Shown piece after piece: positions 26,420 to 34,532 of a DNA stretch of 64,000 bases. The number at the start of each line of letters is the position of its first letter. Position 1 is the first letter of the stretch. A program made the translations under genes and the position numbers. Source of the stretch: Candidatus Latescibacterota bacterium (GTDB taxonomy: Bacteria > Latescibacterota > UBA2968 > UBA8231); assembly GCA_965223905.1 (NCBI GenBank), contig CBDCXV010000011.1, positions 1,088,001-1,152,000 of the forward strand, written 5' to 3'. Under the pieces are notes generated by a model. The model worked only from the letters and a program-made list of their open reading frames with translations, did not search any database and was not told the origin of the DNA.

Positions 26420-28096
26420 TCACCAGGCGGCGACCGCGCGCCGCGGCGAGCGGCCGTCCCCGATCCCCTCGATCACACCCCCTTCGTGGAGGCGGACCAG
26501 GCTGAAGTTGCCTCCCCAGCCGAGGTCGCCGACCGGATGGCCCCGGTCCGCAAGCCTGCCCGCCACCTCCTCGCCGATTCCCGCCTCCAGCGCCAGGCGG
26601 GCGGAGGCAGCCCTCAGTCCCGGGCCGTAGTAGCGCCAGCGCGGGGCGCCGACCGCTTCGGCGGCCGTCATACCCTCGTCGATGAAACGGGTCAGCACCT
26701 GCAGGTTCCACTGCACCTGTCCGTAGTCCCCGGGGGTGCCTCCGGCTAGAAGCGGTCTCCCCTCCTTCGCCAGGATGAAGCTGTTGAGGGTGAAGACCGG
26801 CCTCTTGCCCCCCGCGAGCCGGTTGGGGCTGTCCGGGTCGAGGCTGAAGTCCGTCATGCGGTTGTTGAGGAAGAGGCCGGTGCCCTCGGGAATGACCGCG
26901 GCCCCGAAGCCGTACCAGAGGCTCTGCACCACCGATACCAGGTTTCCCGCGCCGTCGGCGACGACGAACGTCGTCGTGTCGCCGTGCGGCTCCTTCGGGC
27001 GGCCGGCCGGAACCTCCGACATCGCGCGCGCCATCGATATCCGGCCCCGCTGCCGGGCGGCGTACTCGGCGGACAGCAGCCGCTGCAGCGGCACCTCGAC
27101 GAAGGCGGGATCGCCGGCGAAGGCATGGAGATCGGCGAAGGCCAGCTTCATCGCTTCCGCCAGAACGTGGACCCCCTGCGCGGATCCCGGCCCGATCCGG
27201 GGCAGGTCGAATCCCTCGGCGATGTTGAGCGCCTCGAGGAGCAGGAACCCCTGCGATACCAGCGGCTGTCCGTACACCGTGTAGCCGCGGTAGGTCGCCG
27301 CGACCGGGTCCACGATGCGGGCCGGATACTGTCGCAGGTCTTCCGCGGTCATGAAACCGCCCCCCTTCCCGGAGGCCTCGAGTATGGCCGCGGCCACCCG
27401 GCCGCGGTGGAACTCCGACCTGCCGCCGGCGGCAATGGCGCGCAGGGTCGCGGCGAGGTCGGGCTGGCGGAACCAGCCGCCGGTTGCAGGTACCGCCCCC
27501 CCGGAGCCGGCCAGGAAGGCGGCCACCGACCGGGGGAACTGCTGCTCGAAGGAGCGGTAACGCCCCGCGGCCTCGGCGAACCAGGGGGAGACAGGCAGGC
27601 GTTCAGCGAGCTCGATGGCCGGCTGCAGCACCTGCTGCGCCGTCATGCTGCCGTACTCCTCCAGCATGACGGCGCAGGCGTCGACCGCGCCCGGGACCAG
27701 GACCGCCTTCATCCCGCGCTCGGGAACCCCCTCCGGAAAATCCTCCAGCCGGGCCCTCTTCGGGGCCGGACCGGTGCCGTTGATCGCCTTCACCTCCCCC
27801 CGGTCCGCGTCGTAGAGCATGATGAGGGCGTGTCCCCCGAGGTGGCTGTTCGACGGATCGACGACGTTCATCGCCATGGCGACGGCGACCGCGGCGTCGA
27901 AGGCGTTGCCGCCCCCCTGGAGGATCCGCAGGCCCGCGCCCGCGGCCAGCGGATCGTCGGCGACGACGACCCCGCGCGAGCCGAAGGCGACCTTCGCTGT
28001 TTCCCCGGAAACCGCCGCGGTCCCCGCGAGCAGGCAGACAAGGGCGCACCCCGCGGATACCGCGGCCCGCCTTCCTGCATGAGATACCCTGTCCAT
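26420..28096 (-). CDS. ggt: Gamma-glutamyltransferase family protein
   Basis: GGNAFDAAVA, QPDLAATLR, catalytic DTTTFVVAD, GFGA...LNNRM...F, GTPGDYGQVQ; signal peptide; ATG 28096. Confidence 0.9.
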   Translation of the reverse strand: MDRVSHAGRRAAVSAGCALVCLLAGTAAVSGETAKVAFGSRGVVVADDPLAAGAGLRILQGGGNAFDAAVAVAMAMNVVDPSNSHLGGHALIMLYDADRGEVKAINGTGPAPKRARLEDFPEGVPERGMKAVLVPGAVDACAVMLEEYGSMTAQQVLQPAIELAERLPVSPWFAEAAGRYRSFEQQFPRSVAAFLAGSGGAVPATGGWFRQPDLAATLRAIAAGGRSEFHRGRVAAAILEASGKGGGFMTAEDLRQYPARIVDPVAATYRGYTVYGQPLVSQGFLLLEALNIAEGFDLPRIGPGSAQGVHVLAEAMKLAFADLHAFAGDPAFVEVPLQRLLSAEYAARQRGRISMARAMSEVPAGRPKEPHGDTTTFVVADGAGNLVSVVQSLWYGFGAAVIPEGTGLFLNNRMTDFSLDPDSPNRLAGGKRPVFTLNSFILAKEGRPLLAGGTPGDYGQVQWNLQVLTRFIDEGMTAAEAVGAPRWRYYGPGLRAASARLALEAGIGEEVAGRLADRGHPVGDLGWGGNFSLVRLHEGGVIEGIGDGRSPRRAVAAW

Positions 28097-28551
28097 TGTC
28101 CGTTCCCTTTGGTATTCGCCGTGCCCCGGCGGAAGGCGGCTGCCCGCCTGCGATGTTTGCCGCTCCGGGCTCGACTGGAACCGCGGAGGTATGTCGGGGC
28201 CTTGGGACCGCGGCCCCGGCCCGTTGGGCGCCGCCCGATCCCGGGCCGAACCTGCCCTTGCAATCCGCAGCAAACCCGGCGCCCACAGCTTCACGAGACA
28301 CCCCGTCCCTGTCCGTTCCCTTGCTGGTGGTCCCGGCCCTGCGAGGGCGGCGGCCTGCAGGTGAGGCCCGCGGGCTGAGATGAAGTGGATTATAACGAGG
28401 CGCCCCGGATCTTCCTTGTGGCACCACAGCCGAACTTCCCGGCACCCCACCATACCGCCCCGAACCCCCTGCCATTCCACCTGCAACCGCGGTTGCTTTG
28501 TGCCGCCCGACCCTCCCCCTACATTTGCCGCCCCACGCGAAAGGAGCCGAT

Positions 28552-29323
28552 GTGCCTCGCAGAGCCTGGGAGATCCCCGAGCGGGAGGCCACGAGCGAAA
28601 GCGCCTTCCTGAACCGCCGCCGATTCCTGAAGGGGCTCGGGGCGGTGAGCCTGCTTCCCGGATGCGGGTACGAGCGCAGCTTCGAGCCGCGGCCCTGGCA
28701 GGTGACCGTGGACGGCCTCGTGCAGCAGCCGCGGACCTGGGCGTCGACGCCCTCATCGCCGGATGCCCCTCGAGGAGCGGCTCTACCGGCACCGCTGCGT
28801 CGAGGCCTGGTCCATGGCCATCCCCTGGACCGGGTTCGCGATGAAATCCCTGACCGACGAAGCGCGGCCCCTGTCTTCGGCGCGCTACGTGAAAACGACT
28901 TCCTTCCTCGATCCGAAGATCGCCCAGGGCCAGTGGGACGACGAGCTTCCCTGGCCCTACGTGGAAGCCCTGACCATGGATGAGGCGGCCAACGAGCTGA
29001 CCCTGCTGGTGACAGGAGTCTACGGCCACGAGCTCCCCAAGCAGCACGGCGCCCCGCTGCGCCTGATCGTCCCCTGGAAGTACGGCTTCAAGGGGATCAA
29101 GTCGATCGTCCGCTTCGAGTTCACCGCGGAGAAACCCGCGACCTTCTGGAACACCGCATCCCCCGGCGAGTACGAGTTCGACGCCAACGTCGACCCCGCG
29201 GTCCCCCATCCCGGCTGGTCGCAGGAAAGGGAGCGCTTCATCCTCTCCGAGACGGAGACCGAGGACCGGGCCACCCTGCCCTTCAACGGCTACGGGGAGT
29301 TCGTCGCCGGCCTCTACGGATGA
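28552..29323 (+). pseudogene. msrP: Protein-methionine-sulfoxide reductase catalytic subunit, disrupted
   Basis: WEIPEREATSESAFLNRRRFLK Tat signal, RPWQVTVDG, LEERLYRHRCVEAWSM, GAPLRLIVPWKYGFKGIKSI, PFNGYG. The NNxYEF segment is absent and there are indels near 28740 and 28760. Confidence 0.85.
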
Positions 29324-30882
29324 GGGATCGCCGCCCATCGCAGCCCGCCCAAGCCCTGCCGGCCCTGTGGAACCAGGGTACTGCGGCAGATGTCCGGTTT
29401 TTTCGAAGGGAGCCCGGGGGGAGCACATGCCGAACGGGTCCCCATCGGGCAGGGTTGCTGCTCCTCCTCCTCTCCCTCCTGATCCGCCTCCCCTGCTTCG
29501 GGCAGGAGGCGGAGGTCGGCATCCTCGGGGGGCGGGTGATGGACCCGGCCAGCGGCCTCGACGCGCAGCGCAACCTCTACGTCCGCGACGGCCGCGTCCT
29601 CGCCGTCACCGACAGCCTGATGCCTGCGGCCCGCACCATCGACGCCGGCGGTCTCGTCGTCGCACCCGGTTTCGTCGACGTGCTCGCCGGGGTCCCCGCG
29701 GCGAGGGAACCCCAGCGCTACAAGGTGATGGACGGGGTGACCACCGTCCTCGCCATGCACGGCGGCCCGGTGGACGCCGCAGGCTGGTACGGCGCCCTCA
29801 AGAAGGCCGGCTCCCTGGTCAACTACGGCACCACCGTAGGGCACGAGGAGCTGCGCCGCGCCGCGGGCGCCACCGACCCGTACGCCCCGGCGACCGCGCA
29901 GCAGCTGCTCGCCATGCGCGCTCTCGCCGCCGCCGCCATCGATTCGGGCGCGGTGGGAATCGGCTTCGGCATCAACTACGTGCCCGGGTCTTCCTACGAG
30001 GAGGTCCTGGCGATGTTCGAGGTCGCCGCGGCCAGGGGAGTGCCCGCCCACGTGCACTCCCGCTACAAAGGGTCGGTGTTTCCCGGCACCATCGTGCAGT
30101 CCCTGCAGGAGGTCATCGCCGCGGCCGCGGTCACCGGGGCCAGCGCCCAGATGGTGCACCTGGCCTCCTCCGCGGTGGGCTCGATGGCGACCTGCCTCGA
30201 GATGATCTCCGGCGCCCGGCGCAACGGCGTCGACATCATGGCCGACATCTATCCGTACCTGGCGAACTCCACCACCCTGCAGTCCCCCCTCTACGATCCC
30301 GGCTGGCAGGAGCGTTTCGGAGGCATCGGCTACGGGGACATCATGCTGGTGGAGACCGGAGAGCGCCTGAGCGCCGGGAGTTTCGAGCACTGGCGGCAGC
30401 GGGGGGCCCGGGTAATCACCTTCTTCATTCCCGAAGAGGAGATGGTGACTGCCCTCCGCCACCCCCACGTGATGGTCGCCAGCGACGGCGTCATCTCCGG
30501 CGGCAAGGGGCACCCCCGGGGAGCCGGCAGCTTCTGCCGCGTCGTCGGGCGTTTCGTGCGCGAGCGGGGCTGGCTGACCCTGATGGAGGCCCTGGCCAAG
30601 ATCAGCCTGATGCCGGCGCAGCGCCTGGAGAAGGTCGCCCCCTCCATGCGCGGCCGCGGCCGGCTCGGGCCCGGGGCCTGGGCCGACATCACCATCTTCG
30701 ACCCCAACGCCGTCATCGACCGCGCCACCTTCAGGGAGCCGGCCCGGTACTCCGAGGGCGTCGAGTTCGTCCTCGTCAACGGCCGTCTCGTCGTCGACCG
30801 CGGCGAGCTCGTCGAGGGGGCGGCCCCCGGACTGCCGATTCGCAGCGACCCGGAAACGGGCGGCGGCCCCGCCTGCTTCTGA
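29320..30882 (+). CDS. Secreted D-aminoacylase/D-glutamate deacylase-like amidohydrolase
   Basis: GGRVMDPASG, DGVTTVLAMHGG, HVHSR, VASDG...GHPRGAGSF, ADITIFDP. True start is uncertain: an RBS-preceded ATG at 29427 is out of frame, possibly an indel. Confidence 0.82.
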   Translation: MRDRRPSQPAQALPALWNQGTAADVRFFRREPGGSTCRTGPHRAGLLLLLLSLLIRLPCFGQEAEVGILGGRVMDPASGLDAQRNLYVRDGRVLAVTDSLMPAARTIDAGGLVVAPGFVDVLAGVPAAREPQRYKVMDGVTTVLAMHGGPVDAAGWYGALKKAGSLVNYGTTVGHEELRRAAGATDPYAPATAQQLLAMRALAAAAIDSGAVGIGFGINYVPGSSYEEVLAMFEVAAARGVPAHVHSRYKGSVFPGTIVQSLQEVIAAAAVTGASAQMVHLASSAVGSMATCLEMISGARRNGVDIMADIYPYLANSTTLQSPLYDPGWQERFGGIGYGDIMLVETGERLSAGSFEHWRQRGARVITFFIPEEEMVTALRHPHVMVASDGVISGGKGHPRGAGSFCRVVGRFVRERGWLTLMEALAKISLMPAQRLEKVAPSMRGRGRLGPGAWADITIFDPNAVIDRATFREPARYSEGVEFVLVNGRLVVDRGELVEGAAPGLPIRSDPETGGGPACF

Positions 30883-30883
30883 A

Positions 30884-32551
30884 GTGGGATCTTCCGGCCG
30901 CGGGGCGGGGGCGGACAACGGCAGCCACCCCCGCGTCACCGAGCTGTCGACCCTCGCCCTGCTGCTGGTTTTCTCCGCGGCCGGCGCCGTCATCGGGCTG
31001 CAGCTCGTCACCACCCTCGGTGTCACCCCGAACACCTCGATAATCGGGGTTCTGCTCGCCATCGCCGCCTCGCGCCTGCCGCTGCCGGGGTTCGGCCGCT
31101 TCCGCTCCGTGCACCGGCAGAACCTCGTGCAGACCAACATCTCCAGCGCCACCTTCGGCGCCGCCAACTCGCTGCTGGTCCCGGTCGGGGTGCCGGTGCT
31201 GATCGGCCGCCCGGATCTCCTGGTGCCGATGCTCCTCGGCGCCACCTGCGGGATGTTCATCGACCTGGCGATGCTCTACTGGTTCTTCGACTCCCGCCTC
31301 TTTCCCGGCCGCGCCCCCTGGCCGGTCGGCATCGCCGCGGCGGAAGCGATCATCGCCGGCGACGCCGGGGGGAAACGCTCGCAGGTGCTCGGCCTGGGGG
31401 CGCTGGCGGGGGTGCTGGGCTCCTCGGAGATCTTCGGTCTGCTGCAGCCGGTGCTGGCATCCGGCCTGCCGATGGCCGCCCTGGGACTGGCGTTTCTCGG
31501 CAATGTCTGGGCCCTGTCGATGTTCGCGGTCGGCCTTCTGATCCGCGCCTATGCTCCCGTCGCCGGGGTCCTGGACCTCGACCGCTATCTGGTGCCCCAC
31601 GGAGTCATGATCGGCGCCGGACTGGTGGCCTTGGCGCAGGCGGTGCTGTTCGTCGCCCGCCGGCAGCGCGGGACCCCTGAGCGGAGCGGAAATGACCGGG
31701 CCGGACCGGGGGAAGCCGGGGGCGCCGACGATGAGATCGCAGCCTTCACCCGCACCGACGGCGACGTCCGCCGCGGCCTGCTGGGGGGTCTCGGACTCTA
31801 CGTGATCGCCGCTCTCCTCCTCGCCGCGGCCGGAGGCCTGTGGAGCGACATGTCGCCGCTGCAGCTCGGAGGCTGGATCCTGTTCGCGGCCGCGGCCTGC
31901 GTCGCCGCCGAATTCATCGTCGGGTTCTCCGCCATGCACGCCGGCTGGTTTCCCGCCTTCGCGACCTCCCTGATCTTCCTCATCGTCGGCCTCGCCCTGG
32001 GTTTTCCCGTGGCCGCCTGCGCCCTGCTGGTCGGCTTCGTCGCCTCGGGCGGGCCGGCGTTCGCCGACGCCGGCTACGACCTCAAGGCGGGCTGGCTCCT
32101 CCGCGGCCGGGGGCGGGACCCGCAGCTCGAGCGCGCCGGCCGGGGGCAGCAGGTGCTGGCCGCGGCCGTGGGTCTGCTGGTGGCCCTCGTCGTGGTGGCC
32201 CTGGTCCGCAACTCCTACTTCGGGCAGGACCTCTTCCCTCCGGTGGTGCGGGTCTACGCCGCAACCATCGAGTCCGGCATCGACAGCGGTCGCGCCGCCA
32301 GCCTCTTGATATGGGCCCTGCCCGGGGCCATAATCCAGCTCGCCGGGGGACCGCGCCGGCAGCTCGGCGTCCTTTTGGGGACCGGGCTCCTGATTCACAA
32401 TCCCGCGGCCGGGTGGCTGGTGCTGGGCGGCATCGCGGTGCGCCTCATCGCCACCCGCGGCCGGCCGCGGCCGGGGCTCACCATCATCGGCGCCGGCCTG
32501 GTCGCCGGAGCCGCGCTGTGGGCTTTCGGCTCCTCGCTGGCGAAGCTCTGA
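30884..32551 (+). CDS. OPT/YSL family oligopeptide transporter
   Basis: LGVTPNTSIIG, HRQNLVQTNISSATFGAAN, AMHAGWFPAF, GPAFADAGYDLKAG; many TMs. Confidence 0.85.
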   Translation: MGSSGRGAGADNGSHPRVTELSTLALLLVFSAAGAVIGLQLVTTLGVTPNTSIIGVLLAIAASRLPLPGFGRFRSVHRQNLVQTNISSATFGAANSLLVPVGVPVLIGRPDLLVPMLLGATCGMFIDLAMLYWFFDSRLFPGRAPWPVGIAAAEAIIAGDAGGKRSQVLGLGALAGVLGSSEIFGLLQPVLASGLPMAALGLAFLGNVWALSMFAVGLLIRAYAPVAGVLDLDRYLVPHGVMIGAGLVALAQAVLFVARRQRGTPERSGNDRAGPGEAGGADDEIAAFTRTDGDVRRGLLGGLGLYVIAALLLAAAGGLWSDMSPLQLGGWILFAAAACVAAEFIVGFSAMHAGWFPAFATSLIFLIVGLALGFPVAACALLVGFVASGGPAFADAGYDLKAGWLLRGRGRDPQLERAGRGQQVLAAAVGLLVALVVVALVRNSYFGQDLFPPVVRVYAATIESGIDSGRAASLLIWALPGAIIQLAGGPRRQLGVLLGTGLLIHNPAAGWLVLGGIAVRLIATRGRPRPGLTIIGAGLVAGAALWAFGSSLAKL

Positions 32552-32776
32552 CGCCCGCGGCCTCGACCCTCCGTTGAAGCGATGCCCACCCACCCGATGG
32601 GCAGCCCGGTGCCGGGCGCTCCAGCATGCCGACCGCACCCCGGAGCATTGCCCTGGCAAGCGACCGCATTCGGCTGGAGGTCGCCGACGGAGGAGACTCC
32701 TCCCGGCGTTTTTCGAGCCGCACGCCCCGACTGTTGATTCTGTAAATTCATCTTCTGACACGGGACGGACTTGACC

Positions 32777-33712
32777 ATGGCGCTCAAGCAGGTGCTCGAG
32801 GTGATCGAGCTGATCGACGCCCCGGAGATCGAGGCGGACGCGGTCGCCGGGATGTTCGCCTCGCGGGGACTCGAAGAGGCCCGGTTGCAGCCCCTGGAGA
32901 CGGACCGCGGCTCCACCACCTTCGTCGAGGTGCGGATTCCGGGAAGGCGCGGCAAGGCCGCGGGAGGAGACGCACCCACGCTGGGTATCGTCGGCATGCT
33001 TGGGGGGGTCAGCGCGCGCCCGGAAGTGATCGGCATGGTCTCCGACGCCGACGGCGCCGCCGCGGCCCTGGCCGCGGCCCTCAAGCTCGCCGACATGCGC
33101 CGGGCCGGGGACCTGCTCGAAGGGGACGTGATCGTCACCACACACCTCTGCCCCGCGGCCCCGGTCACTCCCCACGATCCGGTCCCCTACATGGCCTCCC
33201 CGGTCAGCAACGAGGTCCGCTGCCGGCGGCTGGTGTCCGCCGACATGGACGCCCTGCTCTCAATCGACGCAACCAAGGGGAACCGCGTCGTCAACCACCG
33301 CGGAATCGCCATTTCGCCGACGGTCAAGGCCGGGTACGTCCTCAGAGTGAGCGAGCCGCTGCTGTCGCTGCTGGAATACGCGACCGGCCGTCCGCCCGTG
33401 GTCTTTCCGGTCACCACCCAGGACATCACCCCGTACGGAAACGGGCTGTTCCATCTCAACAGCATCCTTCAGCCCGCCACCGTGACCGAGGCGCCGGTCG
33501 TAGGCGTCGCCGTCACCGCGGAGACCGCGGTCCCCGGCTGCGCTTCCGGGGCCAGCCACGACGTCGACATCGAGCTCGCCGCCCGCTTCTCGGTCGAGGT
33601 CGCCAAGGGGTTCACCGCGGGCCGCGCCCCTTTCTTCGATGCAGGCGAGTTCGCCCCCCTGGTCGAGCTCTACGGCCCGATGACCCGCCTGCAGACGGTT
33701 GGAAAGGGGTGA
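32777..33712 (+). CDS. DUF1177 family protein
   Basis: APTLGIVGMLGG, VSDADGA, THLCP, DATKGNR, AISPTVK, QDITPYGNG, VPGCASGASH. Confidence 0.88.
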   Translation: MALKQVLEVIELIDAPEIEADAVAGMFASRGLEEARLQPLETDRGSTTFVEVRIPGRRGKAAGGDAPTLGIVGMLGGVSARPEVIGMVSDADGAAAALAAALKLADMRRAGDLLEGDVIVTTHLCPAAPVTPHDPVPYMASPVSNEVRCRRLVSADMDALLSIDATKGNRVVNHRGIAISPTVKAGYVLRVSEPLLSLLEYATGRPPVVFPVTTQDITPYGNGLFHLNSILQPATVTEAPVVGVAVTAETAVPGCASGASHDVDIELAARFSVEVAKGFTAGRAPFFDAGEFAPLVELYGPMTRLQTVGKG

Positions 33713-33713
33713 C

Positions 33714-34385
33714 GTGACCCGGCTCGGAGCGGTCACCGTCGGTCAATCCCCCCGCGACGACGTGGTCCCCGGTATCGCCTCGCTGCTCGGGGAGGGGGTC
33801 GAGATTGTCGAGTGCGGCATCCTCGACGGCCTGAGCCGGCCGGAGATCCGCGCCGGAGCCCCCCGGCCGGGGGAGGATCTCCTCGTCACCCGCATGGCCG
33901 ACGGCACCGAGGTGCGCCTCGGGCGCGGCTTCGCCATAGCGAGGCTGCAGGACTGCCTCGACGCCCTGCAGGAGGAGGTCGAGCTGTTCCTGCTGCTCTG
34001 CACCGACCCGCTGCCGGAGCTGAGCTCCCGCCGTCCCATCCTCTCCCCGGGGCGCCTCCTGCTGTCGGCGGCCTCCGGCATGGGGGTCGGCAGACTCGGG
34101 GTGCTGACACCCGCTCCCGAGCAGGTGCCGATGCAACGCAAGCGCTGGCAAGGGGCCGCCGCGGAGGTCGCCGTCGAGGCCGCATCCCCCTACGGCCGCG
34201 GGGAACCGGTGCGGCTGGCGGCCGCGGCCCTCGGCCGCGCCGGGGTCGAGCTGGTGGCGATGAACTGCATCGGGTACGGCCCCGCGGCCAAGCGGATGGT
34301 GCGGGAGGAAGCCGGCTGTCCGGCGTTGCTCCCCTCTACCCTGCTGGCCCGCTTCGCCGCGGAGCTGCTCGAGGGGGGAGGATGA
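33714..34385 (+). CDS. AroM family protein
   Basis: VTVGQSPRDD, LVTRMADG, LLLCT, AASPY, MNCIGY; directly after DUF1177. Confidence 0.85.
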   Translation: MTRLGAVTVGQSPRDDVVPGIASLLGEGVEIVECGILDGLSRPEIRAGAPRPGEDLLVTRMADGTEVRLGRGFAIARLQDCLDALQEEVELFLLLCTDPLPELSSRRPILSPGRLLLSAASGMGVGRLGVLTPAPEQVPMQRKRWQGAAAEVAVEAASPYGRGEPVRLAAAALGRAGVELVAMNCIGYGPAAKRMVREEAGCPALLPSTLLARFAAELLEGGG

Positions 34386-34532
34386 ATCTCACTGCCTGGC
34401 CGCGACTGCCATCGACCTGGGTCCCCCCCCCCACCATGCGCCCCCGGCTCTCCAGGCCGGCTTCTCCGTCAGGGGACGTCCCGCTACCCGATATCGTTGA
34501 CCAGCCGGGCCATCTCCAGACGGGAGCGGCCT

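Noticed and set aside
26420-29428. 1002 aa ORF as a giant GGT fusion
   Set aside because: The N-terminal extension is antisense to msrP and low in information. The real start is ATG 28096 with a signal peptide.
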